NCBI GenBank assembly: GCA_051532055.1
Contig: JAOPTX010000034.1
Location: 1 to 64,000, forward strand
DNA: 64,000 nt
DNA from: Fibrobacterales bacterium
GTDB taxonomy: Bacteria; Fibrobacterota; Fibrobacteria; Fibrobacterales; JAOPTW01
Reading direction: 5' to 3'
The notes below the pieces were generated by a model. That model had not been told where the DNA came from, did not search any database, and worked only from the letters and a program-made list of their open reading frames with translations. The position numbers and the translations under genes are program-made. Below are positions 39,771-48,893 of the stretch, piece by piece; positions within the stretch are counted from its first letter, which is position 1, and each line of letters begins with the position of its first letter.

Positions 39771-41237
39771 TTAAATATTAAAATCAATCCTTGGATTCCA
39801 AAATTCATTAGGAGGGGTCTTGATATTATTTTTGCAACGCTCCACATAAATCGTCAGCACCTTATCCGAACCGCAATCATTTAAACACTTTTCGAAAATC
39901 GATAATGCCATATCCCATTTATGGTTTCGATACAACCCCAAACCGACATGAAATTCATCCAGTATGCGTAACAATTTATTTTGCCGCTCTACGGGATTAC
40001 CTTCAATAACTTCAAAAATAATTTCCGGCTGCGACTTCCCCTTAACCACCACCATATCCAACTCTCTAAAGTGATATTCTGAGCCTGCACCCACTCCACC
40101 TTTTATTGCTGAAGAAACAATAATGCCCACGCCATAATAAGATGTTAGTGACTCTAATCGAGCCCCTACATTTACAACATCCCCCAATACCGTTGAATCC
40201 ATTCTATCACTACTCCCAACCGTACCAATTACAACTTCCCCTGTATGAAGCCCAACTCCCACATTAAAAAGCTCCGTCTCATGATGCTCCGCCCACTGAT
40301 TATACCGCCATTGAGCCTTTTGAATCATTATTGCCGAATCAAGCGCATTTTTAATACCGCCGCCTGTATCCCCATCAAACAAAGCCATAATCTCATCCCC
40401 AATAAACTTGTCCACAAATCCATTATAATTATGAATAATTGAACTCATTTTTTGAAAGTGAATATTCAACTGGTCAAGAAGCTCTTGAGGAGGGTAACGC
40501 TCTGATATTGTTGTGAAGTTTCTGATATCTGAAAAGAGTACGGTAAGAATCTCTGTCTTTGCTTTTCCAAATTCAATAGTTGAAATATCTCCATTAGCAA
40601 TTTTTGAGATAAACTGCTTCGGCACAAATTTCTCGAAAATGATTGTTAACTCCGATATTTTTTCAGACTCTGCAAGCCGTATCTTTGTCTGCTTCAACTC
40701 ATTAAACGTGTATTTACTTATAGATTGCACCCCTGCTAATGCATACATCAAAAAATATGAAGCCAAATTAATAATTAATACCCTCTTCAAAAGTTCACCA
40801 TCCAGATGCCCGAGCTCGAACAATACTCCTACTGCCACCCCTACGCCTAATGGATATAAAATAAGCGCCCATTTTGGCTGTGCAATCAGACCATATATCA
40901 CTGTCGACAAAACTAAAGAGACCCCCCAATACACATTTGCGTTATTCATAATAAGAAAAATATTAAACATTATTGGGAGTGTTATCGCAAAAGAAAGCTC
41001 AAAGTAACGCTTCACAGCCGTTGAATAAAATCCTTTTTTCAATATAAAAACATAGGATCCATAAATTGCTATTGCAGCGAGACGCAGATATACATTTTCC
41101 CAATAATCAGTCAGATACTCAAGAATAAAATAAAAGCCAATATGCCCGAAAAACCCCGTAAGAAATATGAACTTCATTAAATGCTGATGAAGTGAATAAT
41201 CTTCATAAGCCAAAATCAACTTTATCTTTTTAAACAT
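39771..41237 (-). CDS. class III adenylate cyclase with CqsS/LqsS-like 6-TM sensor anchor and C-terminal TPR-like extension
   Basis: Cyclase motifs LFSDIRNFT, DKFIGD, GLHTGEV, DSTVLGDVVNVGARLE. N-terminal 6 TM with YFILEY..WENVYLR, LP..F...LIMNN...YWGVS. Start is either ATG 41237 or the upstream in-frame start at 41291. Confidence 0.88.
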   Translation of the reverse strand: MFKKIKLILAYEDYSLHQHLMKFIFLTGFFGHIGFYFILEYLTDYWENVYLRLAAIAIYGSYVFILKKGFYSTAVKRYFELSFAITLPIMFNIFLIMNNANVYWGVSLVLSTVIYGLIAQPKWALILYPLGVGVAVGVLFELGHLDGELLKRVLIINLASYFLMYALAGVQSISKYTFNELKQTKIRLAESEKISELTIIFEKFVPKQFISKIANGDISTIEFGKAKTEILTVLFSDIRNFTTISERYPPQELLDQLNIHFQKMSSIIHNYNGFVDKFIGDEIMALFDGDTGGGIKNALDSAIMIQKAQWRYNQWAEHHETELFNVGVGLHTGEVVIGTVGSSDRMDSTVLGDVVNVGARLESLTSYYGVGIIVSSAIKGGVGAGSEYHFRELDMVVVKGKSQPEIIFEVIEGNPVERQNKLLRILDEFHVGLGLYRNHKWDMALSIFEKCLNDCGSDKVLTIYVERCKNNIKTPPNEFWNPRIDFNI

Positions 41238-41436
41238 TAGCACTATTGAGCTAAATATTTTTTGAGTATTTCGGAATGCCACCATGTACACAACATCAAA
41301 TTGTTTCTCTGACTATACCATAATAAATACCGAATTGCTAAAAATTGGTAGGAAGTTCCAACGGTAAGCCTAATGATGAAGGTGTGCGAAAAAAAAGCGC
41401 TTCTCGATTACTCATTATAATTCACGCAAGTCCAGA

Positions 41437-42165
41437 TTAACCTTCTGCATCTTCAGCCCCCTGATAGACCCCTTTGAGCATATGCCACTTAGGGCCAAAT
41501 CCATCCACTCTCTTAAGCTTAAAATTATTTGACCGTAACGCACGCTTCACCACACCCGCCGCAGTAAACGTTGCAATTGTTGAACCTTTTTTAGATTTTT
41601 GACCAATAGCCTCATATACAGAGTCAGACCACATATCTGGATTTTTTTTAGGATCAAACCCATCAAGATACCACGCATCTACTTCATCGGGGATGTCCTC
41701 CAAGCAATCAGCAACATCAGAAAAGATCAGTGTTAATTTTACTTTCCCATCGTCAAAATACAGTTCATATTTACCCGGCGCACAATCTGGGTAGACTTTA
41801 AGAAATTCATTTGAGAGTTCTTTGAGTTCACCCCATCGTTCAAGAATTGTGATTAAATCCTCTTTTCCAATGGGGAATTTTTCCATAGAAATAAAATGAA
41901 GTGGAGCAGTGGCTGTTTTACGCCATAAATCCCATGTTGCCAAAAAGTTGAGGCCCGTTCCAAAACCGAACTCAGTCACAACAAAGGGTTCAACACCAAT
42001 CCACCTTTCAATAAGGTCATTATGTTTTAGGAAAACATACCGCGACTCTTCGAGCCCATCTTTAATAGAATAGTATACATCATCAAAGGAATTTGAGATA
42101 AGTCGCCCCCCTTCTTCAAGGAGAAGATCAGGCTTTTCAATTGAATATTCTGAACGGTCAGTCAT
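41437..42165 (-). CDS. mnmD: stand-alone tRNA mnm5(s2)U34 methyltransferase (MnmC N-terminal domain)
   Basis: FDDVYYS, EFGFGTGLNFL, WYLDGFDPKKNPDMW, TFTAAGVV; no FAD oxidase domain. GAAGGAAG SD. Confidence 0.9.
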   Translation of the reverse strand: MTDRSEYSIEKPDLLLEEGGRLISNSFDDVYYSIKDGLEESRYVFLKHNDLIERWIGVEPFVVTEFGFGTGLNFLATWDLWRKTATAPLHFISMEKFPIGKEDLITILERWGELKELSNEFLKVYPDCAPGKYELYFDDGKVKLTLIFSDVADCLEDIPDEVDAWYLDGFDPKKNPDMWSDSVYEAIGQKSKKGSTIATFTAAGVVKRALRSNNFKLKRVDGFGPKWHMLKGVYQGAEDAEG

Positions 42166-42185
42166 ATTTTATCTTCCTTCGAGCA

Positions 42186-42219
42186 TGTGAACCTTATCAC
42201 ACTTGTGATAAACAACACA
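42186..42219. promoter_or_regulatory. tandem CRP-type boxes in the mnmD / small-ORF divergent promoter
   Basis: TGTGA-acctta-TCACA (42186-42201, perfect core) and TGTGA-taaaca-ACACA (42204-42219); TATAAT at 42241-42246. Confidence 0.65.
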
Positions 42220-42276
42220 CACAAATGGAATTGAATTTTGTATAATCACTAGTATAGATTTAACAAGCGCCTCAGT

Positions 42277-42510
42277 ATGAAACCGCTCACGACTAAATAT
42301 AAAAACATTGAGTATCTCAGCAAGAAGAGCTATCGCGATTTCAACAACTTTAGCTCGACACTAAAAAAAGAGATCGACTTTCTTATCGAACACCCTAAAG
42401 GGCATGTCCATATAAAACAGAAAACGTCTGAGCCCACCTACTCACCCATGTGGGCTTTTGTTGTTGCCGCCATCCCACTCGTTGCGATTATCGTCTTATC
42501 ACAACAATAA
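42277..42510 (+). CDS. small hypothetical protein with C-terminal TM helix
   Basis: 77 aa ending MWAFVVAAIPLVAIIVL; has its own promoter-like signals and a downstream terminator. Confidence 0.6.
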   Translation: MKPLTTKYKNIEYLSKKSYRDFNNFSSTLKKEIDFLIEHPKGHVHIKQKTSEPTYSPMWAFVVAAIPLVAIIVLSQQ

Positions 42511-42526
42511 CCTTTTGATTATATAA

Positions 42527-42572
42527 ATAGAAAGAGCCTCGTCCAAAAGACGAGGCTCTTTCTATAAAAAAA
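42527..42572. terminator. bidirectional intrinsic terminator
   Basis: ATAGAAAGAGCCTCGTC-caaaa-GACGAGGCTCTTTCTAT plus an A-run, between the convergent small ORF and folA. Confidence 0.85.
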
Positions 42573-42595
42573 TGTGTATAGTTCTTTTTTTTAAA

Positions 42596-43090
42596 TCAGA
42601 TATCACGTTCAAAGTTTACGAACGAATATTCACATTCATCTTTTTCACTCTTGGGAAAGGGACCATCACGATACACCTCTTTCCACCCATCACCAAGGTT
42701 GGTTAAGAATATATCTGCTTCAAATGATTGATGTACTTCCGTCAGATAGAGCTTTCCACAATAAGGAAGAGCCATATCATAGATCTGAGCCCCACCAATA
42801 ATAAACGCTTCACTTTCACCATTATCTTTAGCAACCTGGATCGCCTCATCTAGGGAATGAACAACAACACACCCTTCAGCCCTATAATCCTTTTGTCGTG
42901 TTATAATAACCGTTGTTCTATTGGGGAGTGGTCGTCCAATATCCTCATAATTTTTTCGACCAGTAATAATATGATGACCCGTCGTAATCTCTTTAAAGCG
43001 TTTCAAATCTTTAGAGAGGCGCCAAATGAGCGAATTATCTTTGCCAATAGCTCCGTTCTCCGCTATTGCCACAATCGTTGAGAGAATCAT
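42596..43090 (-). CDS. folA: dihydrofolate reductase
   Basis: [35 protein letters not shown]; overlaps the thyA stop. Confidence 0.95.
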   Translation of the reverse strand: MILSTIVAIAENGAIGKDNSLIWRLSKDLKRFKEITTGHHIITGRKNYEDIGRPLPNRTTVIITRQKDYRAEGCVVVHSLDEAIQVAKDNGESEAFIIGGAQIYDMALPYCGKLYLTEVHQSFEADIFLTNLGDGWKEVYRDGPFPKSEKDECEYSFVNFERDI

Positions 43091-43881
43091 ATAGCAACAG
43101 CACCTTTAATATGGGGGTGCGACTCATATCCGATGAGCTCAAAGTCATCGAAAGTGAAATCAAAAATGTCCATAATTTCCGGGTTGATTTTCATTTGGGG
43201 CAGAGGCTTTAGGTCACGACTCAATTGAAGCTCCACCTGCTCAAAGTGGTTCGTATAAATATGCGCATCACCAATAGTATGCACAAAATCTCCCACTTCA
43301 AGTCCACATACCTGAGCTACCATCATAGTGAGAAGGGCATAGGATGCAATATTAAAGGGGACACCGAGAAAGGTATCTGCAGATCGTTGATAGAGCTGAC
43401 ATGAAAGTTTACCGCTTGCCACATAAAACTGAAAAAACATGTGACACGGGGGGAGCGCCATATTGGGGATCTCAGCAACATTCCAAGCATTGACGATAAG
43501 ACGACGAGAATCAGGATTGCTTTTAATCTGTTCAATCACATCAGAAATCTGATCAATAGTTTCACCGTTGGCACCTTTCCATGAACGCCATTGCACTCCA
43601 TAGACTGGACCCAGATCACCATTTTCATCCGCCCACTCATTCCAAATACGTACCCCATTATCTTGGAGATACTTGATATTTGAATCACCCTTAAGAAACC
43701 AGAGCAGCTCATGCACAATTGATTTAAGGTGGAGCTTTTTAGTAGTCACCATTGGGAATCCTTGAGAGAGATCAAAACGCATTTGATGCCCAAAGACACT
43801 AACGGTTCCGGTACCGGTTCGGTCCTCTTTTTTCGCGCCTTCATCAAGAATTCTCTGAACTAAATCTAAATACTGTTTCAT
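43087..43881 (-). CDS. thyA: thymidylate synthase
   Basis: [43 protein letters not shown]. Start moved to ATG 43881 (MKQYLDL, 264 aa). Confidence 0.97.
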   Translation of the reverse strand: MKQYLDLVQRILDEGAKKEDRTGTGTVSVFGHQMRFDLSQGFPMVTTKKLHLKSIVHELLWFLKGDSNIKYLQDNGVRIWNEWADENGDLGPVYGVQWRSWKGANGETIDQISDVIEQIKSNPDSRRLIVNAWNVAEIPNMALPPCHMFFQFYVASGKLSCQLYQRSADTFLGVPFNIASYALLTMMVAQVCGLEVGDFVHTIGDAHIYTNHFEQVELQLSRDLKPLPQMKINPEIMDIFDFTFDDFELIGYESHPHIKGAVAI

Positions 43882-43994
43882 TTGGAGTCCTATTATTGAT
43901 AAAATCGTAAACACGCTACGACTCATACATAATTTTACAGATTATTTGGAAATGTAAAAAAAATCAGATCCCTGAATTCAGAATTCTCAATTTT

Positions 43995-44450
43995 TTAAGG
44001 GGCACCCTCTACCGTTGGCACCACTAAAACTGGCCTATCAGCTTTTTCAACTACTGATTTATAGATCATGCCTTGAAAACCACTCCGTTTATGACATCCA
44101 ACAATTATCAGATCTACATCCTGCTCACGAGCCTGTTTGAGTATTTCTACAACTGGCTCACCTCGAGTGAGCATCCCTGTGGCCATAAGACCCAGAGCCT
44201 TAAGGCGTTTAATTTCTGTATTAAGAAGTTCGCCCTGTTCTTCAAAGGCTCGTTCTTGTTGACGATACAGTTCAGTTTGATCAATGGCGACATTCCCTAC
44301 ACCTTCAGTGTCCCAGTAAAGAGTTTCAAACTCACTTCCCGAAACATGAATTAAAAATAGTTCGGCCCCTTTTGACCGCGCCCACTTTTCGGCTTCTACT
44401 AGGGATTGACTTTTTGGTGTAATGCTGTTATAGGCTACCACTATTTTCAT
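43995..44450 (-). CDS. universal stress protein (UspA family)
   Basis: KIVVAY, LFLIHV, G.P...I, DLIIVG, PVLVV. Start at ATG 44450 after a GGAGGA SD. Confidence 0.88.
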   Translation of the reverse strand: MKIVVAYNSITPKSQSLVEAEKWARSKGAELFLIHVSGSEFETLYWDTEGVGNVAIDQTELYRQQERAFEEQGELLNTEIKRLKALGLMATGMLTRGEPVVEILKQAREQDVDLIIVGCHKRSGFQGMIYKSVVEKADRPVLVVPTVEGAP

Positions 44451-44570
44451 TGGGTCCTCCACAAACTAAGCCTTAGCTTAATTCTATTGTAACTTTGGTA
44501 TTCTTTCAAGTAGTTCTTGATGATTAGAGAGAAGAAACTACCTTTCATTTGACCTTCAAATGGAGACACC

Positions 44571-45026
44571 ATGCCTCAAAAAGATAAACTCGAAGAGCTT
44601 TTCCGCCTTCAAACAGCCCTCAATAACCATGTTTTTAAAAAACAGGGACTCAAATCGGACGATGGTACCGAAATGACTATGGAAAAACTGTTAAGTGAGG
44701 GTCAAAGTACTGAAAAAATTGGTCCTAATACCAATACCAATACTTGGCTTAGAAAATTTCTTGAGGCTATGGATGATGAATCTCGTGAACTGAAAGATGA
44801 ACTTCTTTGGAAGTGGTGGTCTAAGGATAGCCTTGACATGCAGAACATTAGAGTTGAAATAGTAGATCAACTGCACTTTTGGATCTCCTTAGCCTTATCT
44901 TCAGGAATGGATGCCAATAAAGTATTCGACATCTATTATCAAAAAAATCTCGTCAATATTGAACGCCAAGAGAAAGGGTACAATAAGACTGATAAAACAG
45001 AAGCTGACAACAAAATCATAGAATAA
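44571..45026 (+). CDS. dimeric all-alpha dUTPase (dUTPase_2 / MazG-like)
   Basis: LQ..LN, E..EL..ELLWKWW, VEIVD.LHFWIS, YY.KN.VN.ERQ..GY. Confidence 0.85.
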   Translation: MPQKDKLEELFRLQTALNNHVFKKQGLKSDDGTEMTMEKLLSEGQSTEKIGPNTNTNTWLRKFLEAMDDESRELKDELLWKWWSKDSLDMQNIRVEIVDQLHFWISLALSSGMDANKVFDIYYQKNLVNIERQEKGYNKTDKTEADNKIIE

Positions 45027-45051
45027 CCGAGAGCTTCAGAAATATTAGCCC

Positions 45052-45088
45052 AAGGGTTTCCACTATATGAGAGGCAACCCTTTTTGTT
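45052..45088 (+). terminator. probable intrinsic terminator after dUTPase
   Basis: Imperfect hairpin AAGGGTT...AACCCTT followed by a T-run. Confidence 0.5.
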
Positions 45089-45181
45089 TACCCAAAAACT
45101 ACCTCATAGCCACTAAATAATTACTTTAATGGTGTACGGTCACCTTTTATTTAATCTTTTTTTCATTTTTTTTGAGTTTGA

Positions 45182-45224
45182 TGTGACACCTATCACTTAC
45201 ATAATCGTTTAACTCATGTACATT
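45182..45224 (+). promoter_or_regulatory. CRP box plus -10 element in class II spacing
   Basis: TGTGA-caccta-TCACT (45182-45197); TACATT at 45219-45224 puts the box centre at about -41.5. Confidence 0.55.
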
Positions 45225-45255
45225 AACAGTAATTATCAATGAAAACGAGGAAATA

Positions 45256-47271
45256 ATGAAATATTTATCCCTAATTGCCTTAACAGTCCCACTATTTTTT
45301 GGTGGCTGCTTACTCGATAAAGATGAACCGAGCTCAGCTACGGTATCTTCTTCAACTATAAATGGAACAACTTCTTCGGCCGCAAGCGGAACACCCTCTT
45401 CATCTTCACAAACCGGTAATTCAAGCCATACTGGCAACAATTCTTCGGGCACAAATCTATCAAGCTCTGACATGAATGTAACAAGCTCTGGCGACATTAT
45501 TGTTGATGTTGATACAGGTATTGATGGCACCCTCACCTGTGGCGATGTTCCTGCTGATAAGCAATCAGCTGCTGATGCCCTAGTGGAAAAAGCAAACAAT
45601 AAAGCAATCCGTGAGATGGAAGACATGTTTAATGCAGACAGTTGGGATGAAGCAACTATCAACGCCCCAACAGGTGCATTATCACTTTACAACCAAGCCC
45701 TTGAAATTGCTCCCAGCCATTGCGGTGCACTCTTTGGCAAATCACTTGCTTCGATGATGGTATTAACCCAAGATGATGACCTCAACGACTTTATTGACAA
45801 AATGGAAGCAACTCCGGTAATTGAACGAGGAAACACACAATTACCCACTATTACAGATGAAGTACAGATCAATTCTATTGGAAATCCTGCATTCAACATT
45901 ACCCCAGAGCAGTCACCAACCTTTTTACTTAAAGCCTCTGCTCAACTTTCAGAAGCTGACCCTGTGACAGTACAAGAGCTACAAAATGTTATTGCCCAGT
46001 CAATTCTCCCTGAAGTAAATGCTTCAATTTCACGTCTTTCGGCAATCCTTGAAGCAGGCAACTTTGAATTCAATTTTACAATACGCCCCGATACAAGAGA
46101 TGAAAAAACATTTCAAATTGATAATGGGGAAATAGGTCCAATGCTTGCGGGAATGAGAATTTTCAAATCATACCTTATAGTAGTTCTCGCTCATAACCTA
46201 GACTTTTCTGATAACGGTTCTTATGAATGGATCAATACCATCAGCGACTTGGAAGATGAAGACTATGCAAACCTCAATAACGAAGAACGCGCTGCCCTTG
46301 ATCATCTTACTGGCCTCTTTTCAAAAAGCTCTTCGTTTACTGCTATTAAACCAGACTATGCCCAAGCATTTGCTGCTATTCCAGATGAGCTTCTCCAAGC
46401 ACTTAGAGATGTAAAAACTGGACTTGAGTATGGGATCAAAGAAGCGCAGTCTTCTACAAACACTCAAGAGAACGACATCTATGTTGTTGGCACTGGCATT
46501 GATGCAGACGTTGATCCACAAGACCTTCAAACAGCCGTTGATCAAATGAAACATTTCGAAAAATACTTTCTAGGAACGGTACCAATCACCTATGCAAGAG
46601 GAACTAAAACACTCGAAGTAAACTTCCCCGCACTCTTTACACGCACCAGTAACATCCAGAGCTTTTTACCTTACTATGAGCTTAACCCATACGAAGAATG
46701 GAATGATGTCGTTGGCTCTGACACCATGTGGACAACCATTGAACTTGATAACTATACGTGGGATCAAGACGAACCATGTACTATTGAAGAAGATGATGGA
46801 CGCTATAAAGTAATGTGTACCCGTGATGGCAATGAACGAAGCTACTCTTCTTACGAATTCTGCAGAGCATCTTCTATACAAAATGAATGGAAATGTTTAT
46901 ACGACTCTCGCTGGGATATTGATGAACTCACAAAAGGTCCTTTCTATTTTACTGACGTTGCAGGAAACAAAACATACGGGCCCGGTGATGATGAACCAGA
47001 TGACATCACAGATCTAACTGGTAAAATTGTATTTCCAGACCCTACCTTTGGTGGCATATTCCCCAACCTTACTAATGACAATATTTTTGAATACATAGAA
47101 TCACTTGAAGATATCTCACCATACGACGCCCAAGATTGTGAAGATATTGAAGTACGCGATGAAGTATATGGCGGAAGCTACTACCGCTGGGAGTGTCATA
47201 CCAATCCTCTCCCTGCCAATCCTTCTGACCTCGACAGACTCCTCTTTATGTTTGCAAGCTTTGATGACTAA
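45256..47271 (+). CDS. acidic lipoprotein of unknown function with Ser-rich linker
   Basis: Lipobox FGGC, Ser/Thr-rich linker, paired Cys residues, GAGG SD. Confidence 0.8.
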   Translation: MKYLSLIALTVPLFFGGCLLDKDEPSSATVSSSTINGTTSSAASGTPSSSSQTGNSSHTGNNSSGTNLSSSDMNVTSSGDIIVDVDTGIDGTLTCGDVPADKQSAADALVEKANNKAIREMEDMFNADSWDEATINAPTGALSLYNQALEIAPSHCGALFGKSLASMMVLTQDDDLNDFIDKMEATPVIERGNTQLPTITDEVQINSIGNPAFNITPEQSPTFLLKASAQLSEADPVTVQELQNVIAQSILPEVNASISRLSAILEAGNFEFNFTIRPDTRDEKTFQIDNGEIGPMLAGMRIFKSYLIVVLAHNLDFSDNGSYEWINTISDLEDEDYANLNNEERAALDHLTGLFSKSSSFTAIKPDYAQAFAAIPDELLQALRDVKTGLEYGIKEAQSSTNTQENDIYVVGTGIDADVDPQDLQTAVDQMKHFEKYFLGTVPITYARGTKTLEVNFPALFTRTSNIQSFLPYYELNPYEEWNDVVGSDTMWTTIELDNYTWDQDEPCTIEEDDGRYKVMCTRDGNERSYSSYEFCRASSIQNEWKCLYDSRWDIDELTKGPFYFTDVAGNKTYGPGDDEPDDITDLTGKIVFPDPTFGGIFPNLTNDNIFEYIESLEDISPYDAQDCEDIEVRDEVYGGSYYRWECHTNPLPANPSDLDRLLFMFASFDD

Positions 47272-47291
47272 CATTCAGGTTTTATAACAAT

Positions 47292-47326
47292 AAAGCTGGC
47301 TCTTTCTGAGTCAGCTTTTTTATTTA
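47292..47326 (+). terminator. intrinsic terminator
   Basis: AAAGCTGGCTC-tttct-GAGTCAGCTTT followed by a T-rich tail. Confidence 0.75.
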
Positions 47327-47340
47327 ACTAATTTTATCAT

Positions 47341-48870
47341 ATGAAGACCTTAATCCTTTTACTCATACTGTTTAATAGCCACACACTCTTTGCTATTGTC
47401 CCCCTTTTGGAATCTCTGGCATTCCCTAAACAATTGATTCTCCCCCGCTATACTCTATCGTTAGATAACCCGCTCTATCATCTCTCTACATTTGATACTC
47501 TTCACTATGCATTTAAGTATCATGACGATAACATATTACACACAAACACCAGTCATATCAGCTCAACCTCATCGAGTCATACACTCTTTTTAACCATTGG
47601 AAAAATCGGTACCATTTATGGAGGTCTCAACTCATATTCATCTCGGTTGAGTTCTAGCACCCCTGATGTCGACTCTCTCTCACTTACTCACTACTCACAC
47701 AAAAAGTACATTGGGCTTTATCTGCAGGGATACACTCCATTTATTACCAAATTTGAGTACCAAAGCAATGGAACAATTACCGGAGGGCTCGGAATTGCTC
47801 AACACCTTCTTATTGAAGGGAGCTATCATTCAGAAATCAAAGAGGACTCTCTACACTTATGGACCGAAGCCTTTCGAACCAATAGCTATCCTGCGATAGA
47901 TGGTACTTACAGAGCACACTATAGAAAAGCAACGATTCAAGCACACGGAGCATATCATAGACATTTCATATCACTCATCTATGGTGAAACTCAATCAACC
48001 CCCTCTACAGCAACAATCGATTACAGCGCCCCTACACAGTCTCATTATTGGCTTGCTGACTCATCTTCAGCCAACCACTATGGAGCTACATATCACTACG
48101 CTCCTTTAAACTCCACCCCACACTACCATGCTTCAATTGAAATAAAAACAGGTACCACCACCACCATGGGTTTTAGACAAAATACTACTCACTCTTTTGG
48201 TATTAATACTAAAAAATATCATAATGCAGATTTTTATCACAACCTCATTGATAGTCGCCTGAGTGCAACATTTTTTTCCCCAACGGTTATTAACTCATTC
48301 TCCATCGGTGGAGAATACCTCTCATACCAAATTTCTACAAGCAATAACAATAGAAATAACCGCCTCAATGATTTTTTGCGCTACAACACACTCTTTCCCT
48401 CGCAGCTCAGTACAATCCTTGTGAGCAGCTACTTTAATCAGAGTGACTTTATTACCAGTTCCCTAAGAATACAGCGTTTAACACTGCCACTCTCAATTAC
48501 TCACTTAAATAGATATGGCTCTGTAACTCTAACCAGCCCCTTAGCCTACCATTCTATCAAGACATCCCTTATCCATGAGACCTATACCATACCTACATTT
48601 TTTCTCAGCGCACCAACACTCAATAGCGCCATGACATATACTGTTACTGGTAAACTCATTTCAATACCATTTCAAGTATCGTATACCTATTCAATGGGCA
48701 CCATCACCATGTCGATTACCGCAAATCAGATTATTCCTTTATGGAATTCAATAAAAGCCGTAAACACTCAAGAATCATCACCTCCTCAAAGCCTTAAAAT
48801 AAAAGAAAAAAACTATTCCTTAGCTAAAAACGGCTTTTCAATAGCTTACTCTACAAAAATCTCTTTTTAA
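47341..48870 (+). CDS. putative outer-membrane beta-barrel protein
   Basis: Signal peptide, alternating beta-strand patterns, C-terminal Phe (AYSTKISF). Confidence 0.55.
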   Translation: MKTLILLLILFNSHTLFAIVPLLESLAFPKQLILPRYTLSLDNPLYHLSTFDTLHYAFKYHDDNILHTNTSHISSTSSSHTLFLTIGKIGTIYGGLNSYSSRLSSSTPDVDSLSLTHYSHKKYIGLYLQGYTPFITKFEYQSNGTITGGLGIAQHLLIEGSYHSEIKEDSLHLWTEAFRTNSYPAIDGTYRAHYRKATIQAHGAYHRHFISLIYGETQSTPSTATIDYSAPTQSHYWLADSSSANHYGATYHYAPLNSTPHYHASIEIKTGTTTTMGFRQNTTHSFGINTKKYHNADFYHNLIDSRLSATFFSPTVINSFSIGGEYLSYQISTSNNNRNNRLNDFLRYNTLFPSQLSTILVSSYFNQSDFITSSLRIQRLTLPLSITHLNRYGSVTLTSPLAYHSIKTSLIHETYTIPTFFLSAPTLNSAMTYTVTGKLISIPFQVSYTYSMGTITMSITANQIIPLWNSIKAVNTQESSPPQSLKIKEKNYSLAKNGFSIAYSTKISF

Positions 48871-48893
48871 ATGAACAATGAGTCATTATATTA

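Noticed and set aside
41238..41436. riboswitch in the cyclase leader (also checked 33433-33626 and 6070-6199)
   Set aside because: No recognisable c-di-GMP, SAM, TPP, cobalamin or other aptamer consensus; an Rfam scan would be needed to exclude one fully.
45147..45662. 171-aa minus-strand ORF and the other short nested or antisense ORFs in the track
   Set aside because: They are shadows of longer genes with recognisable motifs and have no independent signals.
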